A program made the translations under genes and the position numbers. This document shows positions 1 to 9,721 of a stretch of DNA of 64,000 bases, one piece after another. This DNA comes from a virus. Taxonomy: Duplodnaviria; Heunggongvirae; Uroviricota; Caudoviricetes. The stretch lies in IMG/VR virus record IMGVR_UViG_2648501802_000002; one strand, 5' to 3'. Every line of letters starts with the position of its first letter. The stretch's first letter is position 1. Below the pieces are notes generated by a model. It saw only the letters and a program-made list of their open reading frames with translations, searched no databases and had not been told where the DNA came from.

Positions 1-1
1 C

Positions 2-259
2 ATGCTTATCGACCTGATGGCCGCGATGTCGCATAAGGACTGGCTGAGCCGTCGCCAACGGCAACAACAGGGAATTGAACGGGCTCATACGCTGGGTAAA
101 TACCGGGGATAACAGGCCGATCAGGAACGGCATCAGAAAGTCCTGTACTACTGGCAGGTCAAGAAACTAAGTATCCATGAAACGGCAGATGCGACAGGGT
201 ACAGTCCTTCACAGATATGCCGCATTCAAGCCCTTTATAGAGAGCCTGAATCGGAATAA
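2..259 (+). pseudogene. Serine recombinase (resolvase/invertase family) 3' fragment with in-frame TAA stop at 110-112; 5' end outside window
   Basis: Frame 2 reads MLIDLMAAMSHKDWLSRRQRQQQGIERAHTLGKYRG-stop-QADQERHQKVLYYWQVKKLSIHETADATGYSPSQICRI: E-helix-like segment followed by a C-terminal HTH, as in serine recombinases, interrupted by an in-frame TAA. Confidence 0.45.
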
Positions 260-365
260 AAAGTAGCCCAGGCGTTAATGGATTACCTTTCCAGGCTAAG
301 CTCATTGCTCCTGTCAGATACGCAGCCCTGCCTGTAATAATACAGACTGGGCAATGTGTTGCCAC

Positions 366-695
366 TCAGGCTGACAACTGTCGGAGGATATCCGCTGTAT
401 TATAATGAGCCCGTTTTTCTATATATTTCCCGTCTTTCAGAGTGATCATAAACATCAGAGAAAAGCGCACTTTCCTGCCGCTGGCAGGATGCCCAAGGAA
501 TTCACGGGTCTGCACGCCTTCAAAGATAAGATAGCAGGCGACTTTATCGTCTCTGGCAAAGATTTCGTGGATACGCATTGTAAATCCCGGAAAAGCATCC
601 ATATGGCCTTTTTCCTGTACGATAAACTGCTCACTGTTCAGCGGTGTATCCACCTGAGAATAGAATTTAAAATCCGGATGGCAGAGGTTTTTCAC
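366..695 (-). CDS. SnoaL-like / ester cyclase family protein
   Basis: 109-aa ORF; small alpha+beta fold protein resembling ester cyclase / NTF2-like family; first gene of a three-gene minus-strand cluster. Confidence 0.55.
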   Translation of the reverse strand: MKNLCHPDFKFYSQVDTPLNSEQFIVQEKGHMDAFPGFTMRIHEIFARDDKVACYLIFEGVQTREFLGHPASGRKVRFSLMFMITLKDGKYIEKRAHYNTADILRQLSA

Positions 696-775
696 CTCAT
701 CATATTTATTTTCTTCAATCAGACGATAAAACTTTTTAACCGTTTTGATATTTTCTTAAACAGACATATTGCACC

Positions 776-1765
776 TCATTTTTCAGTTTCTTTACCTGCC
801 GGAATATTGCCTTCCGGCGTTCCGTTAAATGTTTTTCGCCATTCACTGGGACTGACTCCCATCCGCTGCCGGAATATCTGCCGGAAAGTAATGGTGGACT
901 GAAAGCCTGCCAGTTCGGCAACCCGCTCCACTGCAATATCTGTACTTTCCAGCAGTTCCTGACTCCGCCGGAGACGCTCTGTGGTGATCCACTCCCAGAC
1001 CGTCATTCCTGTGGCCGAATGAAAATGGCGTGTAAGCGTTCTTCGGCTCATGGAGGCTAAATGGGCCAGAGTGTCAATATCATGTGGTAATCCCAGATTT
1101 GCGGACAGGTATTCCAGCAGCTGGTTTATGCGGTTATCGGACGTACTTTTGGGAATAAGCAGTTGCCGGTACTGTGCCTGTCCGCCTTCCCGGTAAGGAG
1201 GAGCAACCATCCGGCGGGCTATTTGATTAGCCGTATATCTGCCCAGGCGTTGCCGGATCACATGGAGACAACAGTCCAGTGCTGCGGCTGTACCGGCTGA
1301 GGTGATAATCCGCTCGTCCTCAACATAAAGCACGTTCACGTCCAGATGAACCGCCGGGAAAAGCATCTGGAAATCCCGTTCAGCCTCCCAGTGCGTGGCC
1401 GCCCGTTTACCATCCAGCAGACCGGTGTAAGCCAGAACAAAACTCCCCAGGCACAGGCCCACCACCTGAGCTCCATTTTTCCAGGCTGCAACCAGGGCAC
1501 TGAGCAGAGTTTCAGAAGGCCTTTCATGGATGTGTTTCCAGAAAGGAATAATAACGATATCGGCCTCTGCCAGTGCATCAAGCCCGTATTCTGCCCTCAT
1601 CGCCGTACCTTCAGCAGACCAGATAAGCCCGGGCTCTTCCGCACATACCCGGCGGCTGAAGAGGGCCTTCCCTTCCAGTATCTCCCCGAACAGGATTAAT
1701 GGAACGGAGACATGAAATGTACTGAACCCTTCGGTGATCACTATAGCGACAGTGATGGTGGACAT
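776..1765 (-). CDS. GlxA-family transcriptional regulator (DJ-1/PfpI domain + AraC-type HTH)
   Basis: 329-aa ORF; N-terminal DJ-1/PfpI-like domain (VGLCLGSFVLAYTGLLDG) and C-terminal AraC HTH (RTLTRHFHSATGMTVWEWITTERLRRSQELL). Confidence 0.7.
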   Translation of the reverse strand: MSTITVAIVITEGFSTFHVSVPLILFGEILEGKALFSRRVCAEEPGLIWSAEGTAMRAEYGLDALAEADIVIIPFWKHIHERPSETLLSALVAAWKNGAQVVGLCLGSFVLAYTGLLDGKRAATHWEAERDFQMLFPAVHLDVNVLYVEDERIITSAGTAAALDCCLHVIRQRLGRYTANQIARRMVAPPYREGGQAQYRQLLIPKSTSDNRINQLLEYLSANLGLPHDIDTLAHLASMSRRTLTRHFHSATGMTVWEWITTERLRRSQELLESTDIAVERVAELAGFQSTITFRQIFRQRMGVSPSEWRKTFNGTPEGNIPAGKETEK

Positions 1766-1780
1766 GCCATGGCCTCCGGG

Positions 1781-2557
1781 TTAAATCGTAACTGATTCAC
1801 CATCAGCAGGAGCGACAACTGACGCCTGGATCTGGTTATCGCGGGCATATTCCAGCAGTTCCTGACGGGTCAGCAGACAGTGGTTTACGGCCTCCATGTG
1901 CGTTGCCACAATCAGTGCCTCTGGTACGATACGATGGGCTTTCAGGACATCTTCCCTGCCGAAAATAATGGGGCCGAATCCGAGAACATGCGCCCAGCCC
2001 GTATTCATAATAACGACGCCAGGATTGAACCGACGTAAATTATCCTCTACAGCCTTGATCCAGATGGTATCCCCAACCAGATAGAGCGTTTTTTCGGACG
2101 GATGCTGGAAGACCACCCCACAGGCATCCCCAAGAATTGCTGCGAGTTGCGGGTTAGCATAGGCTTCGTCCGAACCATGCTGACAAACGGTTTTAATAAG
2201 TGAAATTTCGCCAAATGTGCTTTTGTCAGACAGAATAACAAGGTTGCTGAAGCCCTGGGAACGCAGGATCTTTTCATCATGTTCATTCTGAACATAAATC
2301 AGTTTATCTTTCGGGATGTGCGCAACAGCCGCTTCATCCCAGTGGTCAGGGTGTGTGTGGGTGACAATAATGGCATCCACATCCAGCAGTACATCAAGGT
2401 CAAAAGGCAGCTCAGTCATCGGGATGCGGATATCTGACCGGGCCGTTCCTTCGAATCCCGGATAGGCTTCTTTTTTCGCAAGCATCGGATCGACAAGAAA
2501 TTTTTTACCAGCGTAAGAAATGAGTTGTGTGGCGTTACGTACCTGGATGATCTTCAT
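1781..2557 (-). CDS. MBL-fold metallo-hydrolase
   Basis: 258-aa ORF with metallo-beta-lactamase motif THTHPDHWD. Confidence 0.7.
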   Translation of the reverse strand: MKIIQVRNATQLISYAGKKFLVDPMLAKKEAYPGFEGTARSDIRIPMTELPFDLDVLLDVDAIIVTHTHPDHWDEAAVAHIPKDKLIYVQNEHDEKILRSQGFSNLVILSDKSTFGEISLIKTVCQHGSDEAYANPQLAAILGDACGVVFQHPSEKTLYLVGDTIWIKAVEDNLRRFNPGVVIMNTGWAHVLGFGPIIFGREDVLKAHRIVPEALIVATHMEAVNHCLLTRQELLEYARDNQIQASVVAPADGESVTI

Positions 2558-2772
2558 TTTAGCAAGTCCTGTATTGGTTAATAACCATCAGAGCCATATC
2601 ATGATGGCCTAATGTGATAATTATGATTAAATCAGGCCTGCCTGCCACTGAAATAATGCCATATTTGGATGATATCAGGCCATTCTTCTGGCTCTCAGGT
2701 TTCAGGAATATGTCTGCTGAAAGCGGGTACAGATCTGACGCATTGAAGGGAAGTATCGTCCTTTAAGGCTTA

Positions 2773-3162
2773 TTGATGTCAGCCAGTACAAAAAATCATC
2801 TTAACGTACAATATCTTCCGTTTCCCAAACGGAGCCCACCAACGACGGAGGAACGGCGCATCGCCAATGCTCTTGGCGCTCTCCCCTGCATTGCCTGCTA
2901 TATGCCTGGAGTAATATCTAATGAGGTGTCTCTGAACCATATCGCCGGTCGTACCGCGCCGGGTTGTCACAAAAAGCAATTGCCACTTTGTAGATGGCAC
3001 CACCAGCATGCAGCACCGGCTGAAGTAAGAGAAAAATACCCCTGGCTGGTCCCTGTTCATGCCGATGGTGTGGTTGGAGGCAAGAAAGAATTCACCTTGC
3101 TGAACAAGTCAGAGATGGAGTTGCTGGCTGACGCCTATGAAATGGCAAACGTCATGCACTAA
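2773..3162 (+). CDS. ref: Ref-like recombination enhancement function protein (HNH-type endonuclease), P1 ref-like
   Basis: 129-aa ORF with Cys/His-rich HNH-like motif (CIACYMPG...NHIAGR...CHKKQLPLCRWHH) typical of P1 Ref family. Confidence 0.55.
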   Translation: MMSASTKNHLNVQYLPFPKRSPPTTEERRIANALGALPCIACYMPGVISNEVSLNHIAGRTAPGCHKKQLPLCRWHHQHAAPAEVREKYPWLVPVHADGVVGGKKEFTLLNKSEMELLADAYEMANVMH

Positions 3163-3351
3163 TAAATATATTATTTTTAATCTTAAATGATTGACAACTG
3201 ACAAGTGACTTGAGTCAGAATCATCACACGCCCGGTACGGATGGATCCCTTTTCAAATATTCCATGGACGGCACAGTCTGAGTACCGGGCGCTACCTTCT
3301 GTTGTATTGCTAAGCCGCCGCTGGTGGCTTTTCTTTTTTATAGGGGGCGAT

Positions 3352-3996
3352 ATGGATAAGAAAATATGCGTTGTTTCGATGAGCGTCGGTAAACCGGCGT
3401 CAATGACTGCTGCATGGATCAACAACGAGCTGATAATGGCTGAGCGGACCAGCTACCCTGAACGCCGCCGCGATATGGAACTCCAGCTGCTGCGCGAATT
3501 GCGAGAAAAAGAGGAAAAGGGTTTTATCGTGCTGGTGGAAGAGGAAAACAGCTTTATTACCGGTCGAGTTGGCCAGCGTGTAAGGTTGCGCGATCCCTTC
3601 ATGAACGGCAGGCCGGTACTAATTGAAGCAATGCAGATTTACAAGGAGCTGGAACGCCAGAAAGCGATCAAGTTACCGCGCAAGGAATCCGGCAAATACA
3701 TCCTCCACCAAAGCATCTTCGATTCCGAACACGATAAAAAAGGCGATGAGTTTTTCAACATCAACTGGAGCGAAATAACGACAGAGCATGTTCTGACGTT
3801 GTTATGCTGCTTCGCAACAGAATACAACAACGTGGTAAGCGCAGACTACATCAGGACAATGACAGACACCGTTACTAAACAAGACAACGAATATTCACCA
3901 TATGAGCCATTTGTAAATATGATAAAAGCATTTTATCGGATGGAGCTCGCTAAAGTTCCTCAAGGTAAATTAACAGGTAAGGATAACATCTTTTAA
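3352..3996 (+). CDS. Hypothetical phage protein (at the position P1 mat would occupy)
   Basis: Start moved to internal ATG (MDKKICV...) preceded by AGGGGG ribosome-binding site; no recognisable domain. Confidence 0.4.
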   Translation: MDKKICVVSMSVGKPASMTAAWINNELIMAERTSYPERRRDMELQLLRELREKEEKGFIVLVEEENSFITGRVGQRVRLRDPFMNGRPVLIEAMQIYKELERQKAIKLPRKESGKYILHQSIFDSEHDKKGDEFFNINWSEITTEHVLTLLCCFATEYNNVVSADYIRTMTDTVTKQDNEYSPYEPFVNMIKAFYRMELAKVPQGKLTGKDNIF

Positions 3997-4049
3997 GCAC
4001 AGTAATGAGGTGCTTAGATGTTAATATCAATATCCTAACTCTCTGCATC

Positions 4050-4739
4050 TCATAAATCTGATAGCCACTTACTATCTATGGACTCAATCTCCGTCAGCGG
4101 AATTGATGGGAAAAAATATCCCTGAGCGCCCCATAGCCCTATTCCTTTTGATAACTTATGACAATCAATGTTTTCGACGCCTTCAGCGATGATATTCGGA
4201 CATAACTTTTTTAAATTGCTAATAATGACATCAAAATGAGGCTTAATCATATGCTCTTGAAAAAATGACTTATCAAGTTTTATTGCATGGTATTTATTTT
4301 TAATTAATGCTTTCATGGTGGCGTTACCACTTCCAAAATCATCAAGCCAAACATAGTCTGTCAAAGTCAGGAGAAAGGGTATAACGTAATCCTCATCGCT
4401 TAAATCAGGGTAGTTTTCTGATATCTCAAGAACTATAAATTTATTGTTTTTAATTAACTCTTGAGTTTGTTTATTACTGTATATATATATACATGTATCA
4501 TAATCTACATTAATAGAACATAGTATATTATGGCGTTCAAAAAAACACTTGTATTTCATTATTGTGTTAAGTTGTGATTTAAGTAAATTAATCTTCATCT
4601 TATTGGTAAACATACCCAATACTCTTTGAGTAGGAAGAGCGACACCATCTTTGGAGCGAAATCTGCTTAACACTTCTACTGCAATCAACTTGTTCGTGCT
4701 CGTAGAAATGATTGGTTCTGCAATGTAGATAACTTCCAT
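4050..4739 (-). CDS. YdiV-like degenerate EAL-domain protein (AT-rich cargo)
   Basis: 229-aa ORF; aligns by eye to E. coli YdiV blocks (FIVLEISENYPDL vs FIELLINENYPHL; DDFGSGNATMKAL...KLDKSFFQE vs GNLGAGNSTMKAV...MLDKSFIQQ); very AT-rich relative to neighbours. Confidence 0.6.
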   Translation of the reverse strand: MEVIYIAEPIISTSTNKLIAVEVLSRFRSKDGVALPTQRVLGMFTNKMKINLLKSQLNTIMKYKCFFERHNILCSINVDYDTCIYIYSNKQTQELIKNNKFIVLEISENYPDLSDEDYVIPFLLTLTDYVWLDDFGSGNATMKALIKNKYHAIKLDKSFFQEHMIKPHFDVIISNLKKLCPNIIAEGVENIDCHKLSKGIGLWGAQGYFFPSIPLTEIESIDSKWLSDL

Positions 4740-4975
4740 ATCCCCACCCTCAAGTTTTAAATTGCTTGATTTTGCTCAGATAACGAGCCCCCTATATTTA
4801 CAAGAGTTACACTCTACTTTTGTAGATTAAATGTCAATTTATTTGTTTGTGATAATATTGAAAAATATCAATTAAAACAATCAAAAAATGTGACATAAAT
4901 CAATAATTTTATTTTTACACAACTTCTTGATTTCTGAGCCTAGCTATCTCTATTCTTATTCAAAGCCTCTTTAGA

Positions 4976-5710
4976 ATGGTGGTGGCCATGTCAGCAGTTT
5001 GTTACTTCATACTCATAAAGAAACCTATAAGCTTTCAATTTCTTAAGGATTTCTTAATATTAAATTATGGTGATGTGTTGTTGCTTAAGCATTCTGAGCA
5101 TGAATGCTTAAAAATCTATTCAGACAAATATATAGAATTCGAACTCAATGATAATACCGTAAGAAACTATTTATCATGCAACAACAACCATGGAAACCAA
5201 TCGCTGGATAAGTGTCCGCATTTGCTAAAAAAGTCTTTTGCCTATCCTGATTTATTAATCAGGATGATCGATAATATAAGCGATCAAAATCATATCCATT
5301 CTGATTTTAGGGAGGCAGTAACTTTTTCATTACTCTCAATTTTTAATGATGTTGATAACTTTAGAGCATTTCTTACGTCTGGTATGCCCACTTTCTCAGG
5401 GAAAGTGCGCAGCATATTTCTTTCAGATGTATCTAAACACTGGAAACTAAGAGACCTAACCGATTATCTCTACATGAGTGAAAGCTTAATAAAGAAAAAA
5501 CTATTATTGGAAAACACCTCCTTCAGTAAGTTATTACTTGATACACGGATGGCTTTTGCTATTAAATTACTAAAGCAAAATCATCCAGTCAAACAAGTAT
5601 CAGAAAGCTGTGGCTTTAGTAGTACATCGTACTTTGTGTGCCTGTTCAGGCAATATTATAATTGCACGCCACGTGAATATGCAAAACATCAATTATTATC
5701 TGGAAAATAA
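4976..5710 (+). CDS. AraC/XylS-family transcriptional regulator (GadX/AppY-like), AT-rich cargo
   Basis: 244-aa ORF; C-terminal AraC HTH (SESLIKKKLLLENTSFSKLLLDTRM...SSTSYFVCLFRQYYNCTPREY) close to GadX/AppY pattern; divergent from the EAL gene across an AT-rich intergenic region. Confidence 0.65.
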   Translation: MVVAMSAVCYFILIKKPISFQFLKDFLILNYGDVLLLKHSEHECLKIYSDKYIEFELNDNTVRNYLSCNNNHGNQSLDKCPHLLKKSFAYPDLLIRMIDNISDQNHIHSDFREAVTFSLLSIFNDVDNFRAFLTSGMPTFSGKVRSIFLSDVSKHWKLRDLTDYLYMSESLIKKKLLLENTSFSKLLLDTRMAFAIKLLKQNHPVKQVSESCGFSSTSYFVCLFRQYYNCTPREYAKHQLLSGK

Positions 5711-5748
5711 GATGCATTTATCTCCCAGATAATATTGTAATATTAAAC

Positions 5749-5997
5749 TCAGTCAGCATTTAGTAGCAGAGCATTATCTATGATGATCTGCTCCCATTCT
5801 TCGAATGCCCGGTCACGGACGCCCTGGGGAACACTGTTTGTTTTGAAATCAACGACTGTCCGCCATTTCCCGTCCGGACGGTACATGCGCAGAGCTTTAC
5901 TTCCCCCTTCCCTACGCACCTCAACGTTATGCTTGTCAGCAAACTCTTGTAATGCTCGTAGCGTCCCATGCTTTACTGTGTAGTATCGCTTTTTCAA
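5749..5997 (-). CDS. lxc: Small phage protein, lxc-like by position
   Basis: 82-aa ORF immediately downstream of the next ORF and two genes from darB, as lxc is in P1 by my recollection of gene order; no motif-level confirmation. Confidence 0.3.
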   Translation of the reverse strand: MKKRYYTVKHGTLRALQEFADKHNVEVRREGGSKALRMYRPDGKWRTVVDFKTNSVPQGVRDRAFEEWEQIIIDNALLLNAD

Positions 5998-6434
5998 GTT
6001 TTCTCTCCAGCCTGTGCCAAGGCTTCAACTTCCAAATCGTAAGACTCAAACTCATAGTCCTGGTCGTCAACTTCTTCAGGCACTGGCAGTAAATGCCAGG
6101 CTGAGTATATCTGACCATTATCAAAACGCTCCTGGCTGTAGAGCGTCGCAGCTATGAGCGTCAGCGCCGGGCGGTCATAACGGTAAATTTTGCGAACGTC
6201 ACGGTCAACGAGACGACCGAAATTACCATAACCGCGCTCCAGTAATAATTTTTTAATTTCCGGCCAGTATGGGCCATAGCTGCGGTACAGGCGGGGATTT
6301 TTCAGTAATCGCCCGCGTAGCCCTGACAGGAAGAAATCAACGTATTCGTCTTCTGTCTTTCCTAACAACGCTGTACGGAGTACCGCCTCAAGATATGTTT
6401 TATTCGGTTTTATTGTATCAGATAGTGTGGCCAT
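5994..6434 (-). CDS. ulx: Hypothetical phage protein, ulx-like by position
   Basis: 146-aa ORF directly downstream of the darB-like gene on the same strand with 4-nt overlap to the next ORF. Confidence 0.3.
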   Translation of the reverse strand: MATLSDTIKPNKTYLEAVLRTALLGKTEDEYVDFFLSGLRGRLLKNPRLYRSYGPYWPEIKKLLLERGYGNFGRLVDRDVRKIYRYDRPALTLIAATLYSQERFDNGQIYSAWHLLPVPEEVDDQDYEFESYDLEVEALAQAGEKT

Positions 6435-6467
6435 ATTATGCGACGCCCGGCGAACCGGGCGCTCCTG

Positions 6468-9110
6468 TTATGCGTATTGTTGGATGACGGCCAGAACGTC
6501 CGCCACGTTGTGTTTTGTCTCGATAATCCACCAGTTACCCGGGAAATCGCTGTTCTTCGCCTTCGCTGGCAGCCAGCGAGCGCCGAATTTCGCCTTGATT
6601 GCGTCTTTCGCACGGAAAAGAACGCCTTTCATGCCTGAGGCTTCCTGAAGCCCAAATACCTCGCCAGCGGCGAATTTTGGTGCGTACATCATCTTCAGGT
6701 CGGCGGTGGATACGCGATAATTCAGACCTAGAGACTGAGCTATGCTGGTGGCATCACCCTGTATTGATGATAACTCTTCTTGTTTCTCGTTTCTGGCGGC
6801 AATCTCTTCCTCCGTGATGTTGCCAAGGGCCAGGTTTATCCGATCAGCGTCGGCCTGTTTCTCTTCATCGGTGCGCCCGGCAAGAACCGTGTTAATTCTC
6901 TGCAATATCTCCACATGATTCTTGCGCATGCTGAGCAATTCCGGCGTAACCTCGTTAAGATCCACCAGCCCAAGGATGGCAAGGTCGGAAAACATTGATA
7001 CCAGGTTGTAGGTCATGCGATAGCTGAGTTGACCATAGGCTGATGGCAACTTCACCGCATCCATTTGATAGGCATCCATAAATTTAGAGCCGTCGTTTAC
7101 GACATCCGCTATTGCAGGTGTGATTTTCCCTGTGGTGGCGGCCTCCCTGATTGCTGTTACCCACGATTGAGTCAGCGCGGCGACTGCATGATTCAGATTG
7201 GCTTCCCGTTCTGCTGCGATGCGCGCGCTTGCTGCGTCCATTGCCTGCTTGATCTCGGCTTTATTGCTGTAAATGCCAATGGTGCCAAACTGTGCTGTGG
7301 TGATCTCATAATCTGACGCCCGGAACTCATTGGTACCGAAAATGGCATTGGTGACTTCAAGTTCAGAATCCCCGTTACGAGTAGCCCCCTGGCTTGTTTT
7401 TTCCGGCATTCTGGCGATCGCATCCGCTATTTTCTCCTGAATTGCTTCAGGGGATAGCGTATCTCCGTATGACGCGATTACATCGCCATAATTGGAGCCA
7501 AACAATTCAACCAGGAATGTTTCTGCCGAACGGATCTGGCGGTTATTCCCTTCCGACATCATACCAAGCACCCATTTTGCAATTGACGACTTCAGCGCGA
7601 CGTCACGGCGATCCGGGTAAACCGCATGCTTCAGTGGGTCCGTATAGGTACCAACAAAATCAATGCTATAGCCTGACTCTGTAGTCTGAACGCCGTATGA
7701 GTCAGTGATTTTGATCATGCCGCGCTGCTGGAAACGGTAGAAATCGTCACAGGAAATGATGTCGTTAATCCCGGCGATGGAGACGCCGCCACTGATTTTC
7801 TGCATAACAGCATCTTCATCGGGAGTTACATCAACCTGTTTATCCAGCGTCTTCACATCCCAGTTACCCGATTTGGTACCTTTGAAGGTAAAGATAATCT
7901 CCACGTCTGCGCGCAGGCTGTCGAAGTCCAGCGACTTAATGCGAACGATATCACCGGCACAATCGTAGTATTGGCCTACACGCCATGAGCGATCGCCGAT
8001 AATAAGGAACTCACTCGCATGGTTAACCAGGTCAGGATCAACATCCAGAATGCCTTTATTTATTGCATCCTCCACCAGCGGGCGCAGGCGTTTGATATCC
8101 GTCGCGGCCTTCTGAGTACGGTTCAATAATTTCTCATAGCGGGAGATGGCTTGAGAGATATTAGCCTTGCGCTGAATGGCGCTTTTCAACGACGCGCGAT
8201 ACTGTGCTAACAACGTACGGTCTGTGTGATGGACGCTACCCCAGCGGGCTTTCCAGTCTGCGTTATCAGCTGCTTTGGCCATTACCGCCTGTTTGAATTT
8301 GGCGACGTCGGCGGTGGTCTTTTCAAGTTCCGCTTTGCTTCGCTCTAATTCAGCGGTAAGCACCTCCACATCCTCACCAGCTGCGTGCTGCGCCTTGATG
8401 TAGTTCTGAAGGTCGATAGTAGCCTGTTCTTTCTGGCGAGCGCGTTGCGCGGCTTTCGCCTTATCCATTTGAACCTGCATCATTGCCAGACGTTCGCCAT
8501 CATCCTTAGCGGTATACATCTGCATTTCGATCATATCGTTGGCGTCGGCGTTCTCCATTTCTGACTTATCTGAACGGAGGATATCGGAGATCCAACCTGC
8601 TTTACGCTTCAGCGTCTTCAGTCGGTATTCATCGAAAGAACCCTTGCCGCAGTAGTAGTGAACGCGAACGCTTGCACGGTTGGAACCAACTCGGGCACCG
8701 CGACCGTTACGCTGTGCGATACTGGCTGGTGTCCATGGCAACGTCAGATGATGGATGTCAGTCGTTCCTCGATGCAGGTTGATACCCACCTCTGCCTTTT
8801 TGTTGCAGATGATGATCGGAGTCCGGCCCTCCTGGAAGTCGGCTGCAATCTTTTCCAGACCGCCCAACGACATTTCATTTTGCTGCGCGATATAGGCGTC
8901 ATACAGAGCTATTTGCTCGTTGTATTTCGCTATCTGTGCATCTGTTGGTTCATCCGGTAACTCTTTCGGCGGTTTAACCGCTTTCAGTTTCTTACCGGTT
9001 TTACCTGCCTCGGCAACCGTCTGAGCATTCAGGATCCCCACCTTTGAAGGTTCAAGGTTAAGAGCATTGCAGATAATGCGCTTGAGCTTCTGGTGTTGCG
9101 TTTTTTTCAT
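6468..9110 (-). CDS. darB: DarB-like protein, C-terminal piece: helicase C-terminal domain and long tail
   Basis: 880-aa ORF with helicase motif VI-like segment (HHLTLPWTPASIAQRNGRGARVG); contiguous with the two upstream pieces if two single-base indels are corrected. Confidence 0.6.
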   Translation of the reverse strand: MKKTQHQKLKRIICNALNLEPSKVGILNAQTVAEAGKTGKKLKAVKPPKELPDEPTDAQIAKYNEQIALYDAYIAQQNEMSLGGLEKIAADFQEGRTPIIICNKKAEVGINLHRGTTDIHHLTLPWTPASIAQRNGRGARVGSNRASVRVHYYCGKGSFDEYRLKTLKRKAGWISDILRSDKSEMENADANDMIEMQMYTAKDDGERLAMMQVQMDKAKAAQRARQKEQATIDLQNYIKAQHAAGEDVEVLTAELERSKAELEKTTADVAKFKQAVMAKAADNADWKARWGSVHHTDRTLLAQYRASLKSAIQRKANISQAISRYEKLLNRTQKAATDIKRLRPLVEDAINKGILDVDPDLVNHASEFLIIGDRSWRVGQYYDCAGDIVRIKSLDFDSLRADVEIIFTFKGTKSGNWDVKTLDKQVDVTPDEDAVMQKISGGVSIAGINDIISCDDFYRFQQRGMIKITDSYGVQTTESGYSIDFVGTYTDPLKHAVYPDRRDVALKSSIAKWVLGMMSEGNNRQIRSAETFLVELFGSNYGDVIASYGDTLSPEAIQEKIADAIARMPEKTSQGATRNGDSELEVTNAIFGTNEFRASDYEITTAQFGTIGIYSNKAEIKQAMDAASARIAAEREANLNHAVAALTQSWVTAIREAATTGKITPAIADVVNDGSKFMDAYQMDAVKLPSAYGQLSYRMTYNLVSMFSDLAILGLVDLNEVTPELLSMRKNHVEILQRINTVLAGRTDEEKQADADRINLALGNITEEEIAARNEKQEELSSIQGDATSIAQSLGLNYRVSTADLKMMYAPKFAAGEVFGLQEASGMKGVLFRAKDAIKAKFGARWLPAKAKNSDFPGNWWIIETKHNVADVLAVIQQYA

Positions 9111-9657
9111 CGGTGAAGATGATTTGCTTACCTTCTGGGAAAAACTCCTTCAGCGTGGCAATCAGCTTCGCGTATTTGGGCGTAACGGGGTGAGTTACGG
9201 TCTGTTCGTCAATGCCAAACTTGGCCAGGCGCTTATTCACTTCCTGCTCAAATGCTTCCGGTACCTGCAACTGAATAAACTCGCCCTTATCTATCAGGGA
9301 GTATTGCGATTGCTGCGTGATTGAATCATCACTGTCGTCGTCTTCGCTGGTGGCTTGTTTGGGCAAACTGTCCGCCAGCTGCTGCACCGCATCGGCGTAC
9401 TCCGGCAGGAAACGATAGGTGATCCGGCGATAGTACAGGTCCATGTCAGTACATACGCGGTCCATATCCCTGATTATTGAGAAGATCGGACGGGCTTTCT
9501 CGTGCTCAATCACGCCGTCTTCATTGACCGAGGTCATTACGCCATTGTTGGCTTTGGCCGCCGCTTCCGCCTGCTGACGCAATTCTTCATACGCCGCCAG
9601 TTGTTCTTCAGTAAGTGGTGCATCCTGCTGGTGTTCGTCCAGCTCCGGGATCTCCAC
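9058..9657 (-). CDS. darB: DarB-like protein, middle piece (linker into helicase C-terminal domain)
   Basis: 199-aa ORF; open frame extends upstream to about 9738; ends ...KQIIFTDEK at a T7/A7 run (9101-9107) where the frame switches into the downstream piece. Confidence 0.45.
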   Translation of the reverse strand: MEIPELDEHQQDAPLTEEQLAAYEELRQQAEAAAKANNGVMTSVNEDGVIEHEKARPIFSIIRDMDRVCTDMDLYYRRITYRFLPEYADAVQQLADSLPKQATSEDDDSDDSITQQSQYSLIDKGEFIQLQVPEAFEQEVNKRLAKFGIDEQTVTHPVTPKYAKLIATLKEFFPEGKQIIFTDEKNATPEAQAHYLQCS

Positions 9658-9721
9658 GGTATCCTTAACGTCTTCCGCCGTTTTAAGCGTTACCCAGCGA
9701 TGGAATATACCGCGCAGCGCA

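Noticed and set aside
159-365. 68-aa minus-strand ORF overlapping the recombinase remnant
   Set aside because: Antisense to the recombinase-like frame, no ribosome-binding site or motif; likely spurious.
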